Assembly: GCF_000025945.1 (NCBI RefSeq)
Contig: NC_006138.1
Span: 720,001-752,000 of the forward strand
Source of the DNA: Desulfotalea psychrophila LSv54
GTDB lineage: Bacteria > Desulfobacterota > Desulfobulbia > Desulfobulbales > Desulfocapsaceae
DNA length: 32,000 bases
Direction of reading: 5' to 3'
Shown here: one piece after another, positions 19,842 through 28,589 of the stretch
How positions within the stretch are numbered: the first letter of the stretch is position 1
How the letters are laid out: each line of letters begins with the position of its first letter
Notes under the pieces: model-generated
The model's database searches: none
What the model saw: only the letters and a program-made list of their open reading frames with translations
Told to the model about the DNA's origin: nothing
Position numbers and translations under genes: made by a program

Positions 19842-21728
19842 ATGGATTTCCCTATTGATTTAAAAGAATATACCCCGCTGAAGTTTGATCTTGGTCAGAC
19901 AGAGATGACCGATGAACAGCGTCAGACATTGAAGAAAAACATTGATGTTGTGCGGGATGGTCTTGTCTTTTTCACAGCTCTTGCCAATGTAAAAAGCCTT
20001 GGTGGTCACACCGGTGGTGCCTTTGATATTGTTCCAGAGCTTCTCATTGTTGATGGCTTTATGAAGGGCAGTGACTCCATTGTTCCCGTATATTACGATG
20101 AGGCGGGTCACCGTGTTGCTATTCAATATATGATGTCCGTACTCAATGGATATAATGATGCTGAGGCTCTCTTTCACTACCGTGAGTTTGGTAAGGGTTT
20201 TTATGGTCATCCCGAGCGTGACGAGAGAGACGGTATCTTCTTCTCCTCTGGTCGTCTTGGTCATATGTGGTCCCATGTAAATGGAGTGGCTGAATTTGAT
20301 CGTGATAAGACCCTTGTCATGTTTGGTAGTGATGGCTCTCAGATGGAAGGTGACGATGCCGAGGCAGCTCGCTATGCCGTTGCCCGCAATCTGAATGTTA
20401 AGCTCTTTATCGATGATAATAATGTGACCATTGCCGGCCATCCCTCAGAGTATATGAAGGGATATGATCTGAATAAGACCCTGAGTGGTCATGGTCTTAC
20501 CGTCTCCGAGGGAGACGGCGAAGAGCTCGATGGGCTCTTTGCCCGTATTCAGCAGGCCTTTACTCAGAGCGGTCCCGTTGCCGTTATCAACAAGCGTCCC
20601 ATGGCTGTTGGGGTTAAGGGAATTCATGGTCTGCCCAAGGGACATGATGTTATTCCGGTAGACATGGCCGTTGAATATCTCACTGCCCGTGGCCAAAACG
20701 AGGCAGTTTCTTACCTGCAAAACTTCAAGACCGAAAAAACTAAGCGAAGCTATCTGGGTTCAAGTCCGGAGACCGCCAAGAGCCGTGATGAGTTTGGTAA
20801 GATCGTCTGTGGTTTGCTTGACGAGATGAAGGAACCGGAGAAAAGGGTACTGGTGGTTGATTCTGATCTTGAGGGATCCTGTGGTCTGCATCATATTCGT
20901 AAGAATCATCCGGAGGTCTATGTCAGTGCCGGTATCATGGAGCGTAATAACTACTCCGTTGCGGCAGGCTTTGGCTCAGAGGCTGGCCGCCAAGGAATTT
21001 TTGGTACCTTCTCTGCCTTTCTTGAGATGTTGATCTCTGAGATTACCATGGCTCGTCTTAACAGAGCTAATGTTCTGGCTCACTTCTCCCACGCTGGAGT
21101 GGATGAGATGGCTGATAATACCTGTCACTTTGGTATTAATAACTTCTTTGCCGATAACGCCCTGGCCGAAGACGATAATACCCGTCTCTACTTCCCGGCG
21201 GATGCCCTGCAGATGAAGGCTATCCTGCAGAGAATCTTTCATGATATGGGTCTGCGTTTTGTTTTCTCCACCCGTTCAGCCACTCCATTTCTCCTGTCAG
21301 AGAGTGGTGAGAAGATCTACGGTGAAGGATACTCCTTTGAGCCTGGTGAAGATGAGATCATCCGTGAAGGTAAGGATGGCTATATCGTAACCTATGGTGA
21401 GATGACCTATCGTTGCCTTGATGCCATTGAGCAGTTGAAGGCCGAGGGCATTGAGGTTGGTTTGATTAATAAGCCAACCCTGAATGTTGTCGATGAAGAG
21501 ATGATCGCTAAGGTGGGTGCAAGCCCACTGGTACTGGTGGTTGAGAGTCAGAACACCAAGACCGGTCTTGGTTCTCGTTATGGTAGTTGGTTGCTTGAGC
21601 GTGGATTTGCTCCGAAATACTCCCTGCTTGGCACCTCGCGTCCGGGCCAGGGTGGCATTAGTGAACAACTTGATTTTCAGGGCATTGATGTCGACGGCAT
21701 CAAGGCTAAGATTAAGGCCATGCTTTAA
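19842..21728 (+). CDS. Transketolase
   Basis: SLGGHTGGAFDI, FSSGRLGHMWSHVNGVA, FGSDGSQMEGDDAEAARYA, NNVTIAGH, C-terminal pyrimidine-binding and transketolase C domains; ATG 19842 has GGAGA upstream. Confidence 0.85.
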   Translation: MDFPIDLKEYTPLKFDLGQTEMTDEQRQTLKKNIDVVRDGLVFFTALANVKSLGGHTGGAFDIVPELLIVDGFMKGSDSIVPVYYDEAGHRVAIQYMMSVLNGYNDAEALFHYREFGKGFYGHPERDERDGIFFSSGRLGHMWSHVNGVAEFDRDKTLVMFGSDGSQMEGDDAEAARYAVARNLNVKLFIDDNNVTIAGHPSEYMKGYDLNKTLSGHGLTVSEGDGEELDGLFARIQQAFTQSGPVAVINKRPMAVGVKGIHGLPKGHDVIPVDMAVEYLTARGQNEAVSYLQNFKTEKTKRSYLGSSPETAKSRDEFGKIVCGLLDEMKEPEKRVLVVDSDLEGSCGLHHIRKNHPEVYVSAGIMERNNYSVAAGFGSEAGRQGIFGTFSAFLEMLISEITMARLNRANVLAHFSHAGVDEMADNTCHFGINNFFADNALAEDDNTRLYFPADALQMKAILQRIFHDMGLRFVFSTRSATPFLLSESGEKIYGEGYSFEPGEDEIIREGKDGYIVTYGEMTYRCLDAIEQLKAEGIEVGLINKPTLNVVDEEMIAKVGASPLVLVVESQNTKTGLGSRYGSWLLERGFAPKYSLLGTSRPGQGGISEQLDFQGIDVDGIKAKIKAML

Positions 21729-21763
21729 TCGGCTGAACGCAATATCTTAGATAGCAGTGTAAT

Positions 21764-21800
21764 CAGCCTATATTCTTATGGAATATAGGCTGTTCTTTTT
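21764..21800 (+). terminator. Intrinsic terminator after transketolase gene
   Basis: CAGCCTATATTC-TTATG-GAATATAGGCTG followed by TTCTTTTTT. Confidence 0.85.
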
Positions 21801-21814
21801 TGAGGTGGCTGAAT

Positions 21815-22504
21815 ATGGCAGATGAAAAAAATCTTGTTTTACGTCTTGGCGGAAATGGCAGGACCTTGCTTACCAGTGATGGAAAAATTGTTCATCCTCC
21901 TGCCGGTTGGAAATTACTTCCCCCCGGTGATGCCGGTCTTACCCGCAGGGTAAAGGCCATGGGCTCGCACTGGTTGGTTCAGGAAAAACGGGGTCGTCGT
22001 ACCTATTCAAAGGGGATTTGGGCCAAGGGTTCTCATATAGTTCATGCCCGGGAGGAGATCGAGGCCAAAAGAGCCACCCCTGCCTACATAAAAAAGATGG
22101 CTACCGATGTAAAGAGGCGTGAAAAAAAGCAGGAGGAGTATGTGGACGACTTTCATCAGGCCATCCTTCTCTATTTGCAGTTTCATCGTCGTCACAGTAT
22201 GATAGCAGAGAAAATAGCAGGTCAGGTGGCCCGGCATGCAACTCCTGTGGGTAGTGGAACCGTTGCCAGGACTCAACGTATTCCCCTGGAAAAACGAGCG
22301 GAGGCGGCCGTTATTGCCTGGATGCGACATAAAACCACTGCCTATGATCAGATGAGTATTGCCCAAGTGAAGGGCAGACGTCGTGAGGTGCGCCGGGAGT
22401 TGGCCCATCAGTCTGTTAATCTCTTGGCCAGATATCGTCAGGGAGATGATATTCCGCTGACCTGTCCTCTCTATCGGGCTGTAGCTATTACATCTCCGCT
22501 CTAA
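21815..22504 (+). CDS. DUF2293-like domain protein
   Basis: C-terminal VGSGTVARTQRIPLEKRAEAAVIAWMRHKTTAYDQM resembles DUF2293 proteins; internal ATG after GAGGTGG preferred as start. Confidence 0.6.
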   Translation: MADEKNLVLRLGGNGRTLLTSDGKIVHPPAGWKLLPPGDAGLTRRVKAMGSHWLVQEKRGRRTYSKGIWAKGSHIVHAREEIEAKRATPAYIKKMATDVKRREKKQEEYVDDFHQAILLYLQFHRRHSMIAEKIAGQVARHATPVGSGTVARTQRIPLEKRAEAAVIAWMRHKTTAYDQMSIAQVKGRRREVRRELAHQSVNLLARYRQGDDIPLTCPLYRAVAITSPL

Positions 22505-22878
22505 TAGCTACGATCACGAAAATTTATGCCTTTTTACATTTGCGCTTATTTGAATATATGCTAAAAGAGTGTTTTACTTTTTTTTGCCTGATTTTGCGTT
22601 TACGATTTTCGCAGAGTCGGGCCTCTGTTATTTCAGCTGTAGCCCTCAGTAGCATTTTAAAAGATTAGCATGGACGTTATTGTGATCTTTTATTGTGCTC
22701 TTTGTTGATATTTATTGTCGTCGATCTGTGAAGATTGATCTGGATAAAGATTGTTGACCTTGTTTTAACGAAAGTGTTGAGAGGTGATGTTTTTGCGCAG
22801 GTTATTGGTCAGCCAAAGCTCGCGTTCAGGTGTCTCCGACTGTAGTTTTTAAATGAAAATCGTTTTGAGGAGAGGAAA

Positions 22879-23943
22879 ATGCGCTTATTTAAGGTACTGT
22901 TGGCAATTGCTCTGACCATGCTTGTGGTAGGAACATCTCAGGCAGCTAAAAAAGAAACCAAGGTGGGTTTTGTCTATGTATCTCCAATCGGGGATGCGGG
23001 ATACTCATATGCCCATGATCTTGGCAGACAGGCCGTTGCTAAAATGCCTGGTGTTTCAACATCCTATGTTGAATCTGTTCCAGAAGGTCCCGATTCAGAG
23101 CGTGTTATTTCGAATATGGCTCGTAAAGGCTATGATGTGATTTTTTCCACCAGCTTTGGCTATATGGATCCTACCCTGAAGGTTGCTAAAAGATTTCCTA
23201 AGACAGCTTTTCTGCACTGTTCCGGTTTTAAAAAATCTGCAAATATGGGTAACTATTTTGGCCGTATGTATCAGGCCCGTTACCTCTCAGGTATGGTTGC
23301 CGGTTATATGACCAAGAGCAATACCATCGGTTATGTAGCTGCCTTTCCTATTCCCGAGGTAATTCGTGGCATTAATGCCTTTGCCCTTGGTCTGCAGTCC
23401 GTTAATCCTCAGGCTGTGGTTCGTGTTGTCTGGACCAAGACCTGGTACGATCCTGCCACCGAGAAAGAGGCTGCAAAATCTCTTCTTGACGTAGGTGCCG
23501 ATGTGATCGCTCAGCATCAGGATTCCCCGGGCCCACAGGAAGCTGCTCAGGAAAAAGGTGTATACTCAATCGGTTATAATTCCGATATGTCAGTTTTTGC
23601 TCCTAAATCTCATCTCACAGCCCCTGTCTGGAACTGGGCTCCTTATTACACCAGTGTCGTAAAAGAGGTTCAGGCCGGTACCTGGAAGGCGGATTCTGCA
23701 TGGCTAGGACTTGAGACCGGGGTTATTGCCCTTGCTCCCTATGGGGATATGGTTCCACAAGATGTTCGGGACGCGGTTGAAGTACGTAAGCAAGAGATTG
23801 CCAGCGGCAAGTACAAGGTTTTCGCAGGTCCCATTGAGGATCAAAGTGGTAAAGTGCGAATTGCTTCAGGAAAAACTGCAAGCGACGAGTCTTTGCTCGG
23901 TATGATGTGGTTTGTGAATGGTGTTGTTGGTACCACCGAATAA
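22879..23943 (+). CDS. BMP family (PnrA-like) nucleoside ABC transporter substrate-binding protein
   Basis: Signal peptide; KVGFVYVSPIGDAGYSYAHDLGRQA, MARKGYDVIFSTSFGYMDP, YQARYLSGMVAGYMTKSNTIGYVAAFPIPEVIRGINAFALG. Confidence 0.93.
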   Translation: MRLFKVLLAIALTMLVVGTSQAAKKETKVGFVYVSPIGDAGYSYAHDLGRQAVAKMPGVSTSYVESVPEGPDSERVISNMARKGYDVIFSTSFGYMDPTLKVAKRFPKTAFLHCSGFKKSANMGNYFGRMYQARYLSGMVAGYMTKSNTIGYVAAFPIPEVIRGINAFALGLQSVNPQAVVRVVWTKTWYDPATEKEAAKSLLDVGADVIAQHQDSPGPQEAAQEKGVYSIGYNSDMSVFAPKSHLTAPVWNWAPYYTSVVKEVQAGTWKADSAWLGLETGVIALAPYGDMVPQDVRDAVEVRKQEIASGKYKVFAGPIEDQSGKVRIASGKTASDESLLGMMWFVNGVVGTTE

Positions 23944-24016
23944 CGCAATTTTAGGATGTCTCCTTCAGCCTATGCGTTGAGGGAGACGTGCAAATATTCT
24001 CTTTTACACGGATACG

Positions 24017-25078
24017 TTGATGCTTCAGTTACGCGTCGCGAAAAGACAGGAATCTCTTGGCTGGGGTTCCTTTTTTGTTTTACTCGCAGCCCTTGCCCTC
24101 TCCCTTGTCCTGAGTGGTTTTCTTCTCTATCTGCGAGGAACACCACCCCTTGATGGGCTCATTGCCATGTTCACAGGTGGCTTCGGCTCCAAGTGGGCCC
24201 TTGAGGATAGTTTATTAAAGGCTATTCCCATTTTCCTCTGTTCACTGGGGGTGGCAGTTGCCTTTCGTCTTCAGGTGTGGAATATCGGGGCAGAGGGGCA
24301 ATTTGCCCTGGGAGCCATCGGCTCCACCTGGGTTGCGCTTACCTTTCCAAATTTACCGGGCTTTCTTATGCTTGCTGCCATGATCCTTATGGCGGTTCTT
24401 GCCGGTGGCGTTTGGGGGGTTATTCCCGCAATCTTAAGACAAAAGTTCAAGGCAAATGAGATCATTGTCACCCTGATGATGAACTATATTGCAATCCTTA
24501 TACTTCAATATCTGGTCTACGGTGCCTGGAAGGATCCAAGTAGTTTTGGTTTTCCCATGACCCGCGAATTTAGCGAGGCAGCCATTGTTGGTAAGATAGG
24601 TGAAAGCTCTGTCAATTGGGGATTGGCCCACTGCTTTGTCTTGGGCGTGGTCGTCTGGGCATTTTTTAAATTTACTAAAACAGGTTTTGAGCTGAAGGCA
24701 GCCGGTTCCAGCGTTCCGGCGGTAAAGTATGCCGGTATTCGTTATGACTTTCTGGTGATTTTGGTGATGGGAATCAGTGGTGCCCTTGCCGGTTGGGCCG
24801 GTTTTTTGGAGGCCTCTGCTACCACAAATCGTCTGCAACCTGCAATCATGGTGGGCTATGGCTATACGGCCATTGTTGTTGCCTGGCTTGCCCGTCTTCA
24901 TCCTCTAAGCATTGCCATTGCCTCCTTTCTTCTTGCAGGGCTTCGAGTGGGGGTTGAGAATTTGCAACTCGACTTTCAGGTACCAGCGGCCTTTGGTGGT
25001 ATTATAGAGGGACTCATCTTGCTTACGGTACTTGCCGGTGGCTTTTTCACATATTATAAAATTGTGCGGAGAAAATAG
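24017..25078 (+). CDS. Nucleoside-type ABC transporter permease
   Basis: FRLQVWNIGAEGQFALGAIGSTWV, ANEIIVTLMMNYIAILILQYL; follows the BMP substrate-binding gene. ATG at 24020 is an alternative start. Confidence 0.92.
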   Translation: MMLQLRVAKRQESLGWGSFFVLLAALALSLVLSGFLLYLRGTPPLDGLIAMFTGGFGSKWALEDSLLKAIPIFLCSLGVAVAFRLQVWNIGAEGQFALGAIGSTWVALTFPNLPGFLMLAAMILMAVLAGGVWGVIPAILRQKFKANEIIVTLMMNYIAILILQYLVYGAWKDPSSFGFPMTREFSEAAIVGKIGESSVNWGLAHCFVLGVVVWAFFKFTKTGFELKAAGSSVPAVKYAGIRYDFLVILVMGISGALAGWAGFLEASATTNRLQPAIMVGYGYTAIVVAWLARLHPLSIAIASFLLAGLRVGVENLQLDFQVPAAFGGIIEGLILLTVLAGGFFTYYKIVRRK

Positions 25079-25998
25079 TGGGCATTGAAATTATTATTCC
25101 TCTCCTCGCGGCAACGGTTCAGGCGGGAACGCCTGTGCTTTTAGCCACTTTGGGTGAGATTTTCACTGAAAAATCAGGCGTTCTCAACCTTGGCGTTGAG
25201 GGGGTTATGCTTGTTGGTGCCCTGGCAGGATTTGTGGTATCACGCTATACCGGTGATCCTACTCTGGGCTTTTTGGCAGCAGGCTGTGCGGGGCTTCTGC
25301 TTACCTCTCTCCATGGTATTGTTTGCCTGTGGTTTCAGGGTAATCAGGTGGTTTCCGGGCTTGCCCTCACCATCCTGGGAACGGGTCTTGCCAACTATCT
25401 CGGCACCTCTTTTGTCGGCCTGTCGGCGCCTGGCTTCAGCCCTGTAAATGTACCTTTTCTCTCAGCAATTCCTGCTATCGGGCCAATATTTTTTCAGCAC
25501 GACCCGTTGGTATATGTCTCCTATCTCATTCCCTTTGTTCTCTGCTTTTTGTTTAACTCAACTCGTTTTGGCCTTTCTCTGCGTTCCGTGGGAGAATATC
25601 CGGCAGCGGCTACGGCTGCAGGCATTAATGTTAATGCCTATCGTTGGGTTGGTATCTGGGGTGGTGGCTTTTTAATGGGCCTGGGTGGTGCCTATCTGTC
25701 GCTTGCCTATACTCATATGTGGACAACAAATCTTACCGGTGGTAGAGGTTGGATTGCCGTTGCCCTTGTTATTTTTGCTTTTTGGCGACCAGGTCGTGCC
25801 GTCTTTGGTGCCTATCTGTTTGGCGGTATTATGTCTCTGCAACTTCGTTTGCAGGCCTCAGGCATAGCAGTCCCCTCGTCGTTGTTATTAATGTTGCCGT
25901 ATTTTCTCACCATTTTTGTGCTTGTCCTCTCATCCTGGCGTAAGAGTTCCAGTGATGAACCGGCGGCTCTTGGGGTGAACGTGGAACCTATTGATTAG
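25078..25998 (+). CDS. Nucleoside-type ABC transporter permease
   Basis: ATLGEIFTEKSGVLNLGVEGVMLVGA, NQVVSGLALTILGTGLANYLG; GTG start overlaps upstream stop by 1 nt. Confidence 0.92.
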   Translation: MGIEIIIPLLAATVQAGTPVLLATLGEIFTEKSGVLNLGVEGVMLVGALAGFVVSRYTGDPTLGFLAAGCAGLLLTSLHGIVCLWFQGNQVVSGLALTILGTGLANYLGTSFVGLSAPGFSPVNVPFLSAIPAIGPIFFQHDPLVYVSYLIPFVLCFLFNSTRFGLSLRSVGEYPAAATAAGINVNAYRWVGIWGGGFLMGLGGAYLSLAYTHMWTTNLTGGRGWIAVALVIFAFWRPGRAVFGAYLFGGIMSLQLRLQASGIAVPSSLLLMLPYFLTIFVLVLSSWRKSSSDEPAALGVNVEPID

Positions 25999-26025
25999 TC
26001 TTGGCTGATTATTTAAGGAGAACTT

Positions 26026-26508
26026 ATGTCAGATCAGTATAAAAGAACCTATCCTATTTCTTGGGATCAGTTGCATAGAGATTCTAAGGCGCTTGCCTGG
26101 CGTCTGCTTGATAAGGATTTTTTTAAGGGAATCATTGCCATTACCCGTGGAGGTATGGTGCCGGCGGCAATTATTGCCCGAGAGTTGGATATTCACCTTA
26201 TCGATACCATCTGTATCTCCTCCTATGATTGGAAGGAGAAAAAGGGTGAGGCAGATATATTGAAGGGTTTTGATGGTGATGGAGAGGGTTGGCTTCTTAT
26301 TGATGATCTGGTGGATACGGGCAGAACTGCTGAGGTGGTCAAAAATTTGATTCCCAAGGCGCATTTTGCCACGGTTTATGCCAAGCCATCCGGCCGTCCT
26401 CTGGTTGACACCTTTGTTACCGAGGTAAGTCAGGATACCTGGATACTCTTTCCATGGGATACAGAATCTCAGTTTGCAGCACCGCTTATCGGTAGGGAGC
26501 AACGCTAG
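26026..26508 (+). CDS. gpt: Xanthine(-guanine) phosphoribosyltransferase, Gpt type
   Basis: [56 protein letters not shown] (PRPP loop). Confidence 0.92.
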   Translation: MSDQYKRTYPISWDQLHRDSKALAWRLLDKDFFKGIIAITRGGMVPAAIIARELDIHLIDTICISSYDWKEKKGEADILKGFDGDGEGWLLIDDLVDTGRTAEVVKNLIPKAHFATVYAKPSGRPLVDTFVTEVSQDTWILFPWDTESQFAAPLIGREQR

Positions 26509-26511
26509 AGC

Positions 26512-27999
26512 ATGACCTCGTCAGCAATACGACTCGAAAACATATCAAAGTCCTTTGGTGATGTCCATGCCAACAGAGATGTTTCGTTGGATATACGCAA
26601 GGGGCGCGTCCTCGCTCTCCTCGGTGAAAATGGAGCAGGTAAGTCCACCCTGATGTCTATCCTGGCCGGACAGCTTCAACCCGATTCCGGCACCCTCTAT
26701 GTCGAGGGGGAAGCCGTTGTCTTTTCCACCACGGAGAAGGCTATTGGGGCAGGGGTGGGCATGGTTTATCAGCATTTTAAGCTGGTCGAGGCCATGACCG
26801 TTGCGGAAAATATCATCCTGGGTCGTAAGGGGAGTTTTCTCCTCAACAAGGCTGCCATGTATCGGGACGTTCAGGACCTTGCCAACCAGTATGGGATGGA
26901 TGTTGATCCCCGGGCCAAGGTACATACCCTCGCCATGGGCGAAAAACAGCAGGTTGAAATCCTTAAACTGCTCTTCCGACAATCAAATATCCTTATCTTT
27001 GATGAACCGACGGCAGTTCTCACCCCCACCGAGGCCGAAGGCCTTTTTGTGGCCATTAAGCGGATGACGGAGTTGGGCAAGGGTATTGTCTTTATCAGCC
27101 ATAAGCTGGAAGAGGTGATGCGTATTGCCGACGATGTAGCCATTCTTCGTCGTGGTGAGGTGGTTGATACCCTGTTGGTGGAGGATGTTTCATCCACCGC
27201 TGATCTTGCCGAGCGTATGGTGGGCAAGGCGGTATTGTTGGAGGTTAATCGCCAACCACTTGAGCCTCGGCAAACGGTGTTACGTGTTGATAACCTGCAA
27301 GACGAGGTGCTGAAAGGCGTTAGTATTGATCTGCGCAAGGGAGAAATTCTTGGTATTGTTGGTGTTGCTGGCAATGGTCAGAAACAGCTGATTGAAACCA
27401 TTTGCGGGCTGAAGAAGCCACGGCTAGCGGATTCGGTCAGTCTCTTTGGCTTGCACTGGAAGGAGTTTTTCAGCAATCGAAGTTGGGATCATGCCCTCAG
27501 CTATATTCCGGAAGATCGTCAGGGGCTTGCCACCTGCCGGGATCTTGATCTTGTTGATAACTTTTTGCTGACCACCAGAGAGGGGTTCACCAATGGCCCA
27601 TTTTTAGACAGGGCTGCCGCTGCTGAAAAGCTTGAACATTTGGTGGAACTCTTTGATATTCGCCCGCCCAATATTCATGCCCTTGCCTGGCATCTCTCCG
27701 GTGGTAATTTGCAGAAGATGGTCTTGGCTCGGGAGTTTTACCGGAAGCCTCGTCTGATTGTGGCTGAGCAACCCACCCAGGGACTCGATATTTCCGCAGC
27801 GGAAGAGGTCTGGAATCTCCTCCTCAAAACCCGTGAACAGGCAGGAGTGCTTTTGGTGACAGGAGATCTCTCCGAGGCCCTGGCCCTCTCCGATCGTATT
27901 GCCGTGATGTGTGGTGGCGAGGTGATTGGCACCTTCTCAGTGGATGACACCGAGCAGGTGGATAGGATTCCACAGATGATGGCTGGCATTAAGCAGTAG
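26512..27999 (+). CDS. Nucleoside/sugar-type ABC transporter ATP-binding protein (two ATPase domains)
   Basis: LLGENGAGKSTLMSILAG Walker A, LSGGNLQKMVLAREFYRKPRLIVAEQPTQGLDISA, second domain GVAGNGQKQLIE; starts 3 nt after the gpt stop. Confidence 0.93.
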   Translation: MTSSAIRLENISKSFGDVHANRDVSLDIRKGRVLALLGENGAGKSTLMSILAGQLQPDSGTLYVEGEAVVFSTTEKAIGAGVGMVYQHFKLVEAMTVAENIILGRKGSFLLNKAAMYRDVQDLANQYGMDVDPRAKVHTLAMGEKQQVEILKLLFRQSNILIFDEPTAVLTPTEAEGLFVAIKRMTELGKGIVFISHKLEEVMRIADDVAILRRGEVVDTLLVEDVSSTADLAERMVGKAVLLEVNRQPLEPRQTVLRVDNLQDEVLKGVSIDLRKGEILGIVGVAGNGQKQLIETICGLKKPRLADSVSLFGLHWKEFFSNRSWDHALSYIPEDRQGLATCRDLDLVDNFLLTTREGFTNGPFLDRAAAAEKLEHLVELFDIRPPNIHALAWHLSGGNLQKMVLAREFYRKPRLIVAEQPTQGLDISAAEEVWNLLLKTREQAGVLLVTGDLSEALALSDRIAVMCGGEVIGTFSVDDTEQVDRIPQMMAGIKQ

Positions 28000-28011
28000 C
28001 AATTCCCATAT

Positions 28012-28033
28012 GAGACGCGATAAATCGCGTCTC
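28012..28033. terminator. GC-rich hairpin just downstream of ABC ATPase gene, no clear U-tract
   Basis: GAGACGCGAT-AA-ATCGCGTCTC. Confidence 0.45.
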
Positions 28034-28127
28034 TACCTCACCTCCCCCTCCACTTTGCAAAATCCAAAGAACCCCTTTTCGGGACTCCCATGGAAGATGC
28101 GAGTCAGCCCCCCTATCCTCTAGGGCT

Positions 28128-28192
28128 TAAAGCTTGTGCACAGATCTTAGTGTCCGGTGTCTTGGCCACGGGATCAAGCTTGCCGAGGTCAG
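28128..28192. repeat. Copy A of direct repeat; partial duplicate of the fdhA 3' tail
   Basis: TAAAGCTTGTGCACAGATCTTAGTGTCCGGTGTCTTGGCCACGGGATCAAGCTTGCCGAGGTCAG, matching 28591-28667 with an 11-nt gap and a few changes. Confidence 0.93.
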
Positions 28193-28199
28193 TTGCTTG

Positions 28200-28541
28200 C
28201 CTCTACCTATCTACAAAGCTACATTTGTCGACGAGCCAATAAACGCATGTGCAAACGCCAAACTGGAGAAGGCGCTATGTACATGTGTATAAACGGCAAG
28301 CGGGAAAAGAGGTCGTGTACAGATGTACAAACCCCGAAAACTTGAGTTGGCGGACAATATACAGATGTATAAAGCTAGAAAACTTGAGGAGACGGCCAAT
28401 ATACATCTGTACATTGATCAAAAACCTGAGGAGATGGCCAATATACATCTGTACACAGGTCAAAAACTTGAGGAGATGGCCAATATACAGACCTACAAAG
28501 GCTCAAAGCTTGGGGAAATGGTTTATTTACGAGATATAAGC
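28200..28541 (+). repeat. Degenerate tandem array, about 8 units of 38-42 bp (best copies exactly 42 bp)
   Basis: Unit starts at 28238, 28276, 28314, 28356, 28398, 28440, 28482; copies at 28398 and 28440 read AATATACATCTGTACAnnnGnTCAAAAACnTGAGGAGATGGCC. First and last units are weak. Confidence 0.88.
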
Positions 28542-28553
28542 TCTCAAATAGAG

Positions 28554-28586
28554 AAAGGCGACATGATCTTCATGTCGCCTTTTTTT
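28554..28586 (+). terminator. Strong intrinsic terminator downstream of the repeat array (plus strand), between array and fdhA stop
   Basis: AAAGGCGACATG-ATCTT-CATGTCGCCTTTTTTT: 12-bp perfect stem followed by T-run on + strand. Confidence 0.85.
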
Positions 28587-28589
28587 CTT

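Noticed and set aside
22505-22878. Purine riboswitch candidate upstream of the nucleoside transporter
   Set aside because: The conserved purine-aptamer junction and loop sequences could not be found by eye.
23956-24153. 65-aa ORF between binding protein and permease genes
   Set aside because: Overlaps the permease gene in another frame and has no SD or domain support.
28200-28541. Possible CRISPR array
   Set aside because: Units are contiguous and diverge along their whole length, with no conserved repeat separated by unique spacers. No cas genes lie nearby.
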